Source: Clostridium sp.
GTDB taxonomy: Bacteria; Bacillota; Clostridia; Clostridiales; Clostridiaceae
Direction of reading: 5' to 3'
Assembly (NCBI GenBank): GCA_036657335.1
Contig: JAVXGR010000002.1
Coordinates: 956 to 64,955, forward strand
Length of the DNA stretch: 64,000 nt
Part shown: positions 40,587 to 51,261 of the stretch, in pieces
How positions within the stretch are numbered: the stretch's first letter is position 1
Layout of the letters: each line of letters begins with the position of its first letter
Made by a program: the position numbers and the translations under genes
The notes under the pieces: model-generated
Databases searched by the model: none
The model's input: only the letters and a program-made list of their open reading frames with translations
What the model was told of the DNA's origin: nothing

Positions 40587-42041
40587 CTAATTTAATTTCT
40601 TACATTCTTCCCACAGTTCATCCATTTCCTCTAAGGTCATTGCCTTTAAATCTCTGCCTTGCTTCATAGCGGACTTTTCTATAAATTCAAATCTTTTTAT
40701 AAATTTATCTACTGTATAATTTATAGCACTTTCTGGGTCAATGTCAAGGAATCTTGTAACATTTACTGTTGCAAATAGCAAATCCCCTAGTTCTTCTAGT
40801 ATTTTTGACCTATTTTGGGATTTATATACCTCTAAAACCTCATAATATTCTTCTTTCACCTTATCTAAGGCTGGTTCTACTGTTTTCCAATCAAATCCAA
40901 ACTTTGCAGCCTTTTTCTGAACCTTATGAGCCCTCATTAAGCCTGGAAGTGTTTTAGCCACATGCCTTAATTCATCGGTGTAACTCTCATAATTATGCTC
41001 AGTTTCTTTTATATTATCCCAATTTTCTAGAACTTCTTCACTATTTCTAGCTATTCCTTCTGAAAAAATATGTGGATGTCTTCTTATCATCTTTTCACAA
41101 ATTCCCTGCGTAACATCATTTATATTAAAATATCCTTCATCCTTACCAATTTGAGCATGGAAAACAACTTGCAGTAATAAATCTCCTAACTCTTCTACAA
41201 TCTTGTCATCGTCCTGTTCTTCTATAGCTTCTATGACTTCATAGCATTCTTCCACAAGATTTTTCTTCAAAGTTTCATGGCTTTGCTCTAGATCCCAAGG
41301 ACACCCATTGTTGCCTCTTAACACCTTCATAATGTCTAATAAATCATAAAAATCCTTATTAGATTTAGTACCCTTTGGAACATATAGTGAAGTTAAATAA
41401 TCTATGTCGTCTTGTCTGTCAAGCTCTAAAATCTTTATTTTTCTAATATTCTCCAAAGCTTTTATACCTGCAGCTCTTACAAAATAAATCTCTGCTTCCT
41501 CATCATAATACTGTGATAAAGCAATCTTTACCTCTGAAGCTATAAAGTTATTATATACCTGGGTTACAACTATACCTAATCTATTATCTAATATTTGGTT
41601 TTCTATGTCAAATGCATCTATTATTTTAAGCCCATTGACCGGATCTATCCTAAGACTCTCCATAATAGCGTCCACAAAACTGACAGCTGGAATAATCTCT
41701 GTCTCAATACCTTCCTTATCACATAACTCTAATAATAGTGATACGGATTTTTCAGCAACTAAAGGATGTCCTGGCACACCATATACTATATTTGAATATT
41801 TAGTATGCTTAGCTATTAAGTCCTGTGCAATAGAACTGTACACCTGATCAAAACTTTCACTACACTCATACTTATTATCATATGTTTCATAATTTACATT
41901 TAAAGTTTTTATATAATCAATTGTTGGGTGAATCTCCGTTCTAAAATATACCTTATGACTCCCCTTTAATATATCAATAGTACCCAAGGTAAGAGATTCT
42001 TTATTCCCTGGTCCTAATCCAATTATTTTTATCATAAGCAC
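40587..42041 (-). CDS. mazG: Tetrapyrrole methylase/nucleoside triphosphate pyrophosphohydrolase YabN (MazG)
   Basis: IGLGPG, VPGHPLVAE, GCPWD, EELGDLL and RRHPHIF motifs. Confidence 0.93.
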   Translation of the reverse strand: MLMIKIIGLGPGNKESLTLGTIDILKGSHKVYFRTEIHPTIDYIKTLNVNYETYDNKYECSESFDQVYSSIAQDLIAKHTKYSNIVYGVPGHPLVAEKSVSLLLELCDKEGIETEIIPAVSFVDAIMESLRIDPVNGLKIIDAFDIENQILDNRLGIVVTQVYNNFIASEVKIALSQYYDEEAEIYFVRAAGIKALENIRKIKILELDRQDDIDYLTSLYVPKGTKSNKDFYDLLDIMKVLRGNNGCPWDLEQSHETLKKNLVEECYEVIEAIEEQDDDKIVEELGDLLLQVVFHAQIGKDEGYFNINDVTQGICEKMIRRHPHIFSEGIARNSEEVLENWDNIKETEHNYESYTDELRHVAKTLPGLMRAHKVQKKAAKFGFDWKTVEPALDKVKEEYYEVLEVYKSQNRSKILEELGDLLFATVNVTRFLDIDPESAINYTVDKFIKRFEFIEKSAMKQGRDLKAMTLEEMDELWEECKKLN

Positions 42042-42067
42042 ACCCTATAAGAGCTTATACCACACTC

Positions 42068-43609
42068 TTATATACTTCCTTTCCTTATTTTTTTCTTAAT
42101 ATCACTATACTTGAAAACCTTTAAAATTACAATAAAAATAAGGTATATAATTATCCCTATAAATACAGAGATTAAACAAGCTATATTAGTGCTTCCACTC
42201 AGTTGCAATGTCATGGTATAAGTCAATGTTACACTTATACCCATTATCACTGTAGCAAAGCCTGGTTTTACTATGGTTTCATAATAGTTTACAGGTATTA
42301 TTAAGACCTTCTTAAGCACACTAAAATTAAGCATACATGTTATTACATATCCACATATAGATCCTAATACTGCACCATATATATTAACCCCTGGAATTGA
42401 AACCAATATGTAGGTTAAAATAACCTTAACTATACATCCCACAGCTAGATTCTTTACAGGTTTATAGAAATTATTCATGGCCTGCAATATAGCTGTTGTT
42501 GTTTGGCATAATATTATAAAAGGAATTGATAAAGATACATATTTTAAGAGATCATATCCCCCATAATCTCCCGCAAAAATTAAATTTACTATTGGAAAGG
42601 CTAAACAAAATATACCCATTGCTGAAGGCAGTGCAATTGCCGCTGATAGCTTCATAGCACTATGAACTTTATTGCTTATCTCCCTTCCATCCCTCCTATA
42701 ATAGGCTTCCGCTATAATAGGCACTAAGGATGCACAAAGTGCCATGGACAAGGATAAGGGCACATTTGATATAGTACCAGCCTTTCCAGTAAGTCTTCCA
42801 TATAAAATTGCTGCATTTTGACTAGAAAATCCTGCACCTAACAACTGCCTTGGAACAAGTATAGAATCAACCAAACTCATTATCGTTCCTATAGCTGCTC
42901 CTAATGAGAACGGTATAGCTGTGCATATTATCTTTTTTATTATACTTCCCTTATTATTTACAGCTCTTTTAGGTATAGTTTTAGCAACCTTTACATATGT
43001 AAAAAACAAATAAACTATACAAATAACGCCTCCTACAACAGCTCCTAAAGCGGCTCCACCAGCTGCATATTCTATTCCATTACCTATAGCTAAATAAGCT
43101 AGTCCAACGCCAAATACCACCCTTCCTACCTGTTCTATAACCTGTGATATGGCTGTAGGATTCATATTCTGCATCCCTTGAAAAAAACCCCTGAAGGTAC
43201 CCATAATCACAACCAATATAGGTGCAATACTTATAGCTATAAAGGCATAGTACGACTTCATATCCCATCTTAACAAACTTATTATTTGCTTTCCAAATAT
43301 AATCATAACCCCAGAGAATATTAATGCAAAGGGTATCATAACTTGTAATGTTGCTTTAAAAACATATCTTATACCACCGCTATTATTCTTACTTCCCATT
43401 TCAGATATTATTTTTGAAATGGCTGTAGGTATCCCCGATGCAACTGCCGCAAATGTTATGTATAAGGGATATGACATCTGATAGTATCCCATACCCTCAT
43501 CTCCAATAAGCATTTGTAATGGTATTCTAAAGAATAGCCCCAAAAACTTAGCCAATACACTGGCAAGACCTAGTATTAATGTCCCCTTAATTAATGTTTG
43601 TTTTTTCAT
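42068..43609 (-). CDS. YabM/SpoVB-like MOP flippase (polysaccharide biosynthesis protein)
   Basis: About 14 TM segments; GDEGMGYY, RGFFQG, SQVIEQ motifs; conserved position between spoVT and mazG. Confidence 0.88.
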   Translation of the reverse strand: MKKQTLIKGTLILGLASVLAKFLGLFFRIPLQMLIGDEGMGYYQMSYPLYITFAAVASGIPTAISKIISEMGSKNNSGGIRYVFKATLQVMIPFALIFSGVMIIFGKQIISLLRWDMKSYYAFIAISIAPILVVIMGTFRGFFQGMQNMNPTAISQVIEQVGRVVFGVGLAYLAIGNGIEYAAGGAALGAVVGGVICIVYLFFTYVKVAKTIPKRAVNNKGSIIKKIICTAIPFSLGAAIGTIMSLVDSILVPRQLLGAGFSSQNAAILYGRLTGKAGTISNVPLSLSMALCASLVPIIAEAYYRRDGREISNKVHSAMKLSAAIALPSAMGIFCLAFPIVNLIFAGDYGGYDLLKYVSLSIPFIILCQTTTAILQAMNNFYKPVKNLAVGCIVKVILTYILVSIPGVNIYGAVLGSICGYVITCMLNFSVLKKVLIIPVNYYETIVKPGFATVIMGISVTLTYTMTLQLSGSTNIACLISVFIGIIIYLIFIVILKVFKYSDIKKKIRKGSI

Positions 43610-43830
43610 ATTTACCCCCTTGTAATAATTTCACATACATAGCTCATACCTTTATAACTATTAAGCTTATGTGAGTAATATTACTAAAATAAATATAAAA
43701 ACTTAACCTAGTTATATTTCTAAAACATATATAAAAACTTTAATCAAGTTATATTTGTAAAATAAAGCTTAAAAGCTTAACTAAGAAAACCTAGTTAAGC
43801 TTTTAAGATAGTATACAATTAATTATTGTA

Positions 43831-44385
43831 TTATTCCATTTGTTTTCCTAAAAAGCTAGCCGCTGTTTCAGCTAACTTCAACTGCAATTCTCCAAATTCA
43901 TCATTTTTATCAATAGATGCTATAATTACAGCCCCTATATTGTCCCCCTCTGCTAAGATGGGAACTACTACCTGTGAGGAATACTTAGATTCAAAGTCTT
44001 CATCATCATAAATAGCTATCAAAATACCTTCTCCACCTTGACCACAAATAACAGCTTTTCTAGCCTCCATTATAGTTTCTAGATCATCACTTATCTTTCT
44101 ATCAGTATATTCCTTCTTGGATGCTCCACTTACATTTATGATGCTATCCTTATCACATATAAGTATGATATTTCCTATAGTTTGTTGTAATGCATCAGCA
44201 TATTCCTTAGAAAAAGCACTCAATTCTTCAATAGGAGAGTACTTTTTAAGAATTACCCCACCTTCTCTATCTGTAAATATTTCTAGTGGATCTCCCTCTC
44301 TAATTCTCAATGTCCTTCTAATTTCTTTAGGTATAACCACCCTCCCTAAGTCATCTATACGTCTTACTATACCAGTAGCTTTCAT
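43831..44385 (-). CDS. spoVT: Stage V sporulation protein T
   Basis: MKATGIVRRIDDLGRVVIPKEIRRTLRIREGDPLEIF AbrB-type N-terminus plus GAF domain. Confidence 0.97.
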   Translation of the reverse strand: MKATGIVRRIDDLGRVVIPKEIRRTLRIREGDPLEIFTDREGGVILKKYSPIEELSAFSKEYADALQQTIGNIILICDKDSIINVSGASKKEYTDRKISDDLETIMEARKAVICGQGGEGILIAIYDDEDFESKYSSQVVVPILAEGDNIGAVIIASIDKNDEFGELQLKLAETAASFLGKQME

Positions 44386-44648
44386 ATTAATAATTTCCTC
44401 CTTCGTAACACTTTAAAATATAATAACAAAGACTCTAAAATAATTATAGCTTTGTTTCACTAAACCTTATAATAAGATGACTTATGCAAAAGATATTTAT
44501 ATTGAATAAGTAAATCTTAAATCATAAAGTATACTGTTGTTAATATTATCTTTAAAAATTTGAAATTTTATGCACAATTACAAAAAAAGCTGTTAATAAT
44601 TTTACTTATTAACAGCTTTCTACTATAACCTTAAAATATTCATACTTA

Positions 44649-45647
44649 TTAAGATAATTTTTCCTCATATAATACTGGTTTTAATTCAGAATTCCATTTT
44701 TCACCTGAGCTCTTCCATAATGCTTCTTTCTTCTCTTTTAATAATTGATTTTTAATTTCCTCTTTTACTTCATCAAATGGCTTTTGTGGAAAGTCTCTTT
44801 TTTCTATAACCTTAGTTACATGCCAACCTTCTTGACTTTGTAAAGCTTCAGTATGTTGCCCTTCATCTAATGCTATAGCACTGTACATAAAGTTATTAGC
44901 ATTAATTTCTTCGTAAGTTTTAAATCCTAGCGTACCACCCTTTGCCTTAGTTTTCTCATCTATACTTTTTGTTTCAGCAAGTTCAGCAAAATCGGCACCT
45001 TCGTCTAATTGCTTTTTAATCTCTTGAGCCTCTTCTTGTGTTTCAACTAATATATGTGCAAGTTCAGCTCCTGATGGTTCCTCTGTATATTTATATTTAT
45101 ACATTTCATAGTGGTTTGTTAGATCTACTTCACTTATTTCCATATCCTTAAATATCTCATTTTGAAGTTTTTCTGAGATTATACTCATTCTTATATTTTC
45201 TCTTAACTGTTCCTCAGTTACAGATTGTGCTATCAAAGTTTCTTGATATTTCTCTTCGCTCTCATATTCGTCCTTAATTTCTTTTAATCTAATTTCTATT
45301 TCTTCATTTAATTCCTTTTCTTCAGGTATTACCTTTAATTCTTTAGCCTTAATAAGAATAACTTTTTCAAATAACATAGAATCCGCTACTTGTAATCTTT
45401 GTTGAGTTAATATATTTTTAGCTTCTGGATTTTTTTCGTAGTCTTCTCCAAATTTTTCTTTGATTACGCTCTCAACATACCCTAATCTTGAATCCACCTC
45501 AGCCTTTGTAATCTTATATTTTCCCACCTTAGCCACAACAGTTTTAGCTATCGCCTCTGGTGTCTTTTCAATCGCATTACATGCTGTTAATGAACATATC
45601 ATAAGTACACTTAGGGTTAAAGCTATTATTTTTTTTGTATTTTTCAC
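44649..45647 (-). CDS. prsA: Foldase lipoprotein PrsA (parvulin PPIase)
   Basis: Lipobox LTAC, AHILVET, GADFAELA, KGGTLG; GTG start after GGAGG. Confidence 0.88.
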   Translation of the reverse strand: MKNTKKIIALTLSVLMICSLTACNAIEKTPEAIAKTVVAKVGKYKITKAEVDSRLGYVESVIKEKFGEDYEKNPEAKNILTQQRLQVADSMLFEKVILIKAKELKVIPEEKELNEEIEIRLKEIKDEYESEEKYQETLIAQSVTEEQLRENIRMSIISEKLQNEIFKDMEISEVDLTNHYEMYKYKYTEEPSGAELAHILVETQEEAQEIKKQLDEGADFAELAETKSIDEKTKAKGGTLGFKTYEEINANNFMYSAIALDEGQHTEALQSQEGWHVTKVIEKRDFPQKPFDEVKEEIKNQLLKEKKEALWKSSGEKWNSELKPVLYEEKLS

Positions 45648-45722
45648 AACCGTACCTCCAATTTTTAACTCTGATCGGTTAAATAATTTTGAATTTTCCA
45701 TTAAATTGATTCTACCATAAAT

Positions 45723-48700
45723 TCATTCAATTGTAACCAATGATTTTAAATCTTCAAATATTTCTTTCAACCTATTTATGACATCTTCTTTTTTAGGAGT
45801 CTTCATCTTATAAACAACAATAGGAACCTCTCCCATTCTTATCATAAGTTCTTTATTATAATTAGACAAGATTCTATTAATTAGTTTTTTAGTTAACTTA
45901 TCTCTATGTATGAACTTAATTTCTATGTCATCTTTAACTTCCTTAACTTCATATATGCCCATTTCTTTTGCTAGAGATTTTATATAGGCTATATTTATAA
46001 GATTAACTACAGGTAATGGCATTTCAGCAAATCTATCTTCCATTTCCTCATAAATGTCAACCATATCCTGGTAAGAATCAATAGCTGCAATTCTTTTGTA
46101 TACTTGGATTTTTATCATTTCTTGTTTAATATAACTATCAGGTATATAGGCATCTATCTTAATCTCTATTGCAGACTCAATGGATTCAACTGTAGTATCA
46201 CCCTTAATCTTATTAATGGATTCCTCAAGCATTCTACAATACAAATCATAACCTATAGATGACATATGACCATGTTGAGATGACCCCATCATATTTCCTG
46301 CCCCCCTGATTTCAAGGTCTCTCATAGCTATTTTAAATCCTGATCCAAGTTCAGTAAAGTCTTTAATTGCCTTTAATCGTTTCTCTGCAACCTCTGTTAA
46401 CACCTTATCTTTCATATATGTGAAATATGCATATGCTATTCTATTTGATCTACCGACCCTCCCCCTTAATTGGTACAACTGGGATAACCCCATTTTATCT
46501 GCATCATTAATAATCATAGTATTAGCATTAGGAATATCTATTCCCGTTTCTATGATAGTTGTACATAATAATAAATCATATTTTTTATCAATGAAATCAA
46601 GCATTATATTTTCTAGCTCATTTTCTGTCATCTGTCCATGAGCTATGGCTATTCTTGCCTCAGGAACCAATTCCGATAAATGTGTAGCCATTTCAGTTAT
46701 GGTCTCAACCCTATTATATAAAAAGAATATTTGTCCTTCTCTACTCAATTCTCTTAATATTGCATCCCTTATAAGCTGATCATTAAATTCTACAACATAG
46801 GTTTGAATAGGATATCTTTGTTCTGGAGGTGTTTCAATAACACTTATCTCTCTAACACCCGTAAGTGACATATGAAGAGTTCTCGGTATTGGCGTTGCTG
46901 ATAATGTTAAGACATCGATGTTTTGCTTTAAATTCTTTATCTTCTCTTTATGACTAACACCAAATCGTTGTTCCTCATCCACTATTAACAATCCTAAATC
47001 ATAAAACTTAATACTCTTCTGTAAAAGTTTATGCGTACCAATTATAATATCAACATTTCCTGCCTTTAATTCTTCTAATGTTGATTTTTGTTGTGCTGCA
47101 CTTCTAAATCTACTTAACATATCAACTTTTACAGGAAAACTTGCAAATCTGCTACTTAGTGTATTATAGTGTTGTTTAGCTAAAATAGTTGTAGGAACTA
47201 AGAAGGCTACCTGTTTACCATCCATAACAGCTTTAAATGCAGCTCTTATAGCAACCTCGGTCTTTCCATACCCAACATCACCACAAAGCAATCTATCCAT
47301 AGGCCTTTGACTTTCCATACTCTCCTTGATTTCTGCTATAGAAGTAATTTGATCCTCAGTTTCTTCATAGGGGAATTCGTCTTCAAATTGCTTTTGCCAC
47401 ACCGTATCCTTAGAAAATGGATGTCCATTTAATATACTTCTATTAGCATAAAGCTTGACTAATTCTTCCGCTATATCCTCAATAGATTTTTTGACTTTTC
47501 TCTTAGCCTTATTCCATTCTAAGCTACTAAGTTTATTGATTTTAGGAGTTTTACCATCTGATCCTATAAACTTATGAACCATGTCCAACTGATTAACCGG
47601 TACATATAGCATACCATTATCATCATATGCTATTTGCAAAAAGTCCTTTTTGTGATTTTGAACCTCTAATTGTTTTATTCCTTTATAGACACCTATCCCA
47701 TTGTTTACATGAACCACATAATCACCTAAATTTAGTTCATTAAAACTCTTAATCTTAGAAGTTCCCTTTTGGGGTTTTTTCTTCTTAGCTCGTCTTTTAC
47801 TTTCCCCAAATATACCCTTATCAGATATTACACATAGTTTTAAATCTGGATATTCAAAGCTATTAAGTTGATTTCCCTGTGTTACAACCACTTCTCCAAG
47901 CTGTAAACTACTAAATGTATCTTTATATACAGCAGTCAGCCCTCTAGTGTCTAGTGTACTTACAAGTCTCTCTCCTCTACTTTTCGTACCAGATAATATT
48001 AATATTCTATACCCCTGAGATTTTCTATCTTCAATATCCTTTATAAGCAAATCTAGTTGTCCTTGATAATTAGTTACAGATACTTCTGAAAAATTAATTA
48101 TGCTTTTAGGTGAAAAGTGTTTCGTTGACTTAGCCACTGAATTAATGCTTATCATATCCTTGCCTTCTACTGTTTCTATGACCTGATCTATAGGTAGTAA
48201 AAGTTCCCCTTGTCTTGGAAGAATACTTCCTCTAGATAAAAATGCCTCATAATTATATAAAAACTGTGTATTAGTACTTTCTAACTTACCAACACACCTT
48301 TGAGGGTCATCCATTACAATTAAAAAGTCATTAACATAGTCAAAAAATGTAGAAGGTTTTTCATAAAAATATGGCAGATAGCTATCTATAGTTTCAAAGT
48401 TAGATTTTGCTTCAAGTGCCTCAATATTTTGTGAAACTACCTTAGTTATATTTTCACTTTCTTCTTTAAACTTATTATTTTTAAAACCTTCCAAAGAAAC
48501 ATTAAGATCTTTTTTTATTGCCTCTATTGCAACTTCAATACCTTCTTTTGACAAAATAATCTCTTTAGCTGGAAAAATTTCTATGTTAAAAGTTTTATCT
48601 ATACTTCTTTGTGACTCTGTATTAAATGTTCTAATAGAGTCTATTTCATCGTCAAACAATTCTACTCTGTATGGATATTCTACTGTAGGAGGATATACAT

Positions 48701-49244
48701 CTAAAATCCCACCCCTTATTGAAAACTGCCCCTTATTTTCAACCTGTGCACATCTCTCATATCCACTTTGGACTAATTTATATGCTAGTTGCTTTAAATC
48801 AACTTTGTTTCCTACTGATAATTTAAATATATTCTCAGTAAAAAGAGTTATAGGGGTATATAAAGAACTTAAAGCATCAACACTTGCTATTATAATCTTC
48901 TTTTCCTTATTTAAAATACTTCTTAATACCTTTAATCTTTCCCATCTCAAATCACCAGATATGGCTTCAACATTATAAAACACTACTTCTCTAGAGGGGA
49001 TATAATAAACCTTCGACGTATAAAAATATAGATCTTCATAAAGATTTCTTGCTTCTATATCGCTATGTGTTAATAATAATATAGATTTATCTATATTATT
49101 AAATAGAGTTCCAACTATATAACTTTTAGCGGAATCTTCAACACCATATACACCTACTGGAACCTTTCCCATATTTAAATTGCTTATAATATCTTTAAAA
49201 CCATTACTTTCAATAAGTGGCTTCATTAAACCATCTAATCTCAT
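45723..49244 (-). CDS. mfd: Transcription-repair coupling factor
   Basis: UvrB-like N-terminus, GDYVVH, CGDVGYGKTEVA, DEEQRFG, SATPIPRT, QLRGRVGR, DLEIRGAGN. Confidence 0.98.
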   Translation of the reverse strand: MRLDGLMKPLIESNGFKDIISNLNMGKVPVGVYGVEDSAKSYIVGTLFNNIDKSILLLTHSDIEARNLYEDLYFYTSKVYYIPSREVVFYNVEAISGDLRWERLKVLRSILNKEKKIIIASVDALSSLYTPITLFTENIFKLSVGNKVDLKQLAYKLVQSGYERCAQVENKGQFSIRGGILDVYPPTVEYPYRVELFDDEIDSIRTFNTESQRSIDKTFNIEIFPAKEIILSKEGIEVAIEAIKKDLNVSLEGFKNNKFKEESENITKVVSQNIEALEAKSNFETIDSYLPYFYEKPSTFFDYVNDFLIVMDDPQRCVGKLESTNTQFLYNYEAFLSRGSILPRQGELLLPIDQVIETVEGKDMISINSVAKSTKHFSPKSIINFSEVSVTNYQGQLDLLIKDIEDRKSQGYRILILSGTKSRGERLVSTLDTRGLTAVYKDTFSSLQLGEVVVTQGNQLNSFEYPDLKLCVISDKGIFGESKRRAKKKKPQKGTSKIKSFNELNLGDYVVHVNNGIGVYKGIKQLEVQNHKKDFLQIAYDDNGMLYVPVNQLDMVHKFIGSDGKTPKINKLSSLEWNKAKRKVKKSIEDIAEELVKLYANRSILNGHPFSKDTVWQKQFEDEFPYEETEDQITSIAEIKESMESQRPMDRLLCGDVGYGKTEVAIRAAFKAVMDGKQVAFLVPTTILAKQHYNTLSSRFASFPVKVDMLSRFRSAAQQKSTLEELKAGNVDIIIGTHKLLQKSIKFYDLGLLIVDEEQRFGVSHKEKIKNLKQNIDVLTLSATPIPRTLHMSLTGVREISVIETPPEQRYPIQTYVVEFNDQLIRDAILRELSREGQIFFLYNRVETITEMATHLSELVPEARIAIAHGQMTENELENIMLDFIDKKYDLLLCTTIIETGIDIPNANTMIINDADKMGLSQLYQLRGRVGRSNRIAYAYFTYMKDKVLTEVAEKRLKAIKDFTELGSGFKIAMRDLEIRGAGNMMGSSQHGHMSSIGYDLYCRMLEESINKIKGDTTVESIESAIEIKIDAYIPDSYIKQEMIKIQVYKRIAAIDSYQDMVDIYEEMEDRFAEMPLPVVNLINIAYIKSLAKEMGIYEVKEVKDDIEIKFIHRDKLTKKLINRILSNYNKELMIRMGEVPIVVYKMKTPKKEDVINRLKEIFEDLKSLVTIE

Positions 49245-49271
49245 AATAACACTCCTTGATAGTTGAAAATA

Positions 49272-49838
49272 TTATTCCGCCATAAACCCATTGTATTTAT
49301 TCATAGCAGTTTTAACATCTTCTTTTATAATAATTGCAACAGCTTGCACCGTTGCCTCTAAAACTTGTTTTAACCTAGGCATATCTTCATCATTAATCTT
49401 CCCTAAAACATGTGATACTAAATCATGTTCGGGCTTACCTACTCCTATTTTTACACGCGTAAAAACTTCGGTAGATAAGCAAGCTATCAGACTCTTAATG
49501 CCGTTATGTCCGCCTGCACTACCTTTTTCTCTTATTCTCATTTTTCCAATTTCTAAACTAATATCATCATATAAAATTATAATATTTTCATTAGGAATAT
49601 TATAATACTTAGCAAATTGAATTACACATTCTCCACTTAAATTCATATATGTTGTTGGTTTAAGAAATATAACCTTTTCACTCTCTATCCTAGATTCACC
49701 ATATATTCCTTTAAATTTTGCCCTTTCAATAGAAGTTTTATACATATATGCCAAAGTATCTACTGCTTCAAATCCTATGTTATGTCTTGTATTTCTATAT
49801 TCATTACCTGGATTTCCAAGCCCAACAACTAAATACAT
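49272..49838 (-). CDS. pth: Peptidyl-tRNA hydrolase
   Basis: VGLGNPG, TRHNIGF, KPTTYMNLSG, GGHNG. Confidence 0.98.
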   Translation of the reverse strand: MYLVVGLGNPGNEYRNTRHNIGFEAVDTLAYMYKTSIERAKFKGIYGESRIESEKVIFLKPTTYMNLSGECVIQFAKYYNIPNENIIILYDDISLEIGKMRIREKGSAGGHNGIKSLIACLSTEVFTRVKIGVGKPEHDLVSHVLGKINDEDMPRLKQVLEATVQAVAIIIKEDVKTAMNKYNGFMAE

Positions 49839-50017
49839 TATATCCCTCCATTTTTTTATCTATAATTGCAAATTCATCATTTACATTAAATATTCAATAA
49901 AAAATGACTACGCAGAGTAGCCATCTTTATTTAAACTCTATTATATTTTATCACACTTAATTAATTTATAAAGTATTAAAATTTTATTACCTTAATAATC
50001 ACCAATATACAGTACAT

Positions 50018-51163
50018 CTATTTCCCTTGAATTACTAAGGTAATATCTATAATTTCACCAAATCGCCAAACTCTACATATGATTTTCTCACCTATTTCTT
50101 TTTCTTTAACTATTACAGCTAAGTCATCTACATTTTTAATAACTACCTCATCAACAGCTATTATTATGTCAGCAGGTCTAAAATTTAATACTTGTTTATA
50201 TTCAGGATATATTTTTGCATCGCTTATCACTTCCTGAATATAAGCACCCTGTACTCCACTTCCTCCTCTTGGCTTAGCATTCTTTACTACAATCCCAAGT
50301 GGGTTTTTAACTATATGTTGATTTTCTATAATATTATCTGTTATTTTCCTTATATCATTACTAGTTATTGCTATAATTTCATCCTGTTCCTTGTTGTTTC
50401 CTTCAAAATTTAAAGCTAGTATTTCTCCATGCTTGTTACTAATCATCTCATAATCGCCCTTATTATCTATAGTATTATCTACTTTAAGTATATTATAATA
50501 CTTACTAATAATTTTATCATTTAAGTTATTTTCGAAAATCTTCTTTCCCTTAGAGACTATACTTCCTAAAAATGCCTGTTGTTCTTTAGAATATGGTTCA
50601 TTCCCAGTAAAATATATAACCTCATCACCCTCTATTGCACCATTACAATCTGCAAATACCGCGGGTTTTAGTGATTTTGCATCAATTTTGATAAGCATCA
50701 AACTAGATGGAGCATCCGTTCCAATTTCAGAGGCTAAATAGCTCTCCCCACTATCTGTAAGAACATTGACTTCTCCTTTTTCTATGGATATATTATTACT
50801 AGTTATAATATATCCATACTCTTTGTATATAATGCCCAAAGACTGCTTTACACCTTTTTTAACTACAACAATAGAATCTTTAATATTATTCATAGATTCA
50901 GATATTTTCATGTTATAATTTTCAATATATTCTCCATATTCATCTTTAACCTTTTTATAATATTGATTATTTGAATCAACATTTCTCACCATTACTATAT
51001 ATATAACTGTTCCTAAAGATATAATAGCACCTAGTATTAGTTTTCCTGCTATTCTTATTATTTTCTTACTCTTATTAATTTTGAATTCTATATTGCTTTG
51101 ATCTTCAGGTTCATTATATTTCTTTGCTGATTTATTATTATTTATATTTTTTTTATGAACCAT
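50018..51163 (-). CDS. HtrA/DegP-like trypsin-fold + PDZ protein, catalytic triad degenerate
   Basis: TM anchor, trypsin-like pattern (GIIYKEYGYIIT, IGTD..S.LMLIKID, NKHGEILALN), C-terminal PDZ-like region (GAYIQEV...DIIIAVD). Confidence 0.75.
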   Translation of the reverse strand: MVHKKNINNNKSAKKYNEPEDQSNIEFKINKSKKIIRIAGKLILGAIISLGTVIYIVMVRNVDSNNQYYKKVKDEYGEYIENYNMKISESMNNIKDSIVVVKKGVKQSLGIIYKEYGYIITSNNISIEKGEVNVLTDSGESYLASEIGTDAPSSLMLIKIDAKSLKPAVFADCNGAIEGDEVIYFTGNEPYSKEQQAFLGSIVSKGKKIFENNLNDKIISKYYNILKVDNTIDNKGDYEMISNKHGEILALNFEGNNKEQDEIIAITSNDIRKITDNIIENQHIVKNPLGIVVKNAKPRGGSGVQGAYIQEVISDAKIYPEYKQVLNFRPADIIIAVDEVVIKNVDDLAVIVKEKEIGEKIICRVWRFGEIIDITLVIQGK

Positions 51164-51261
51164 AAATATCCTTCCTAACTTAATAAATTAAATTTAGACC
51201 TAATATATTATAATATTAAATCTAAATAAGCTATTTTTACCCTCAGTATTATTAAATATAA

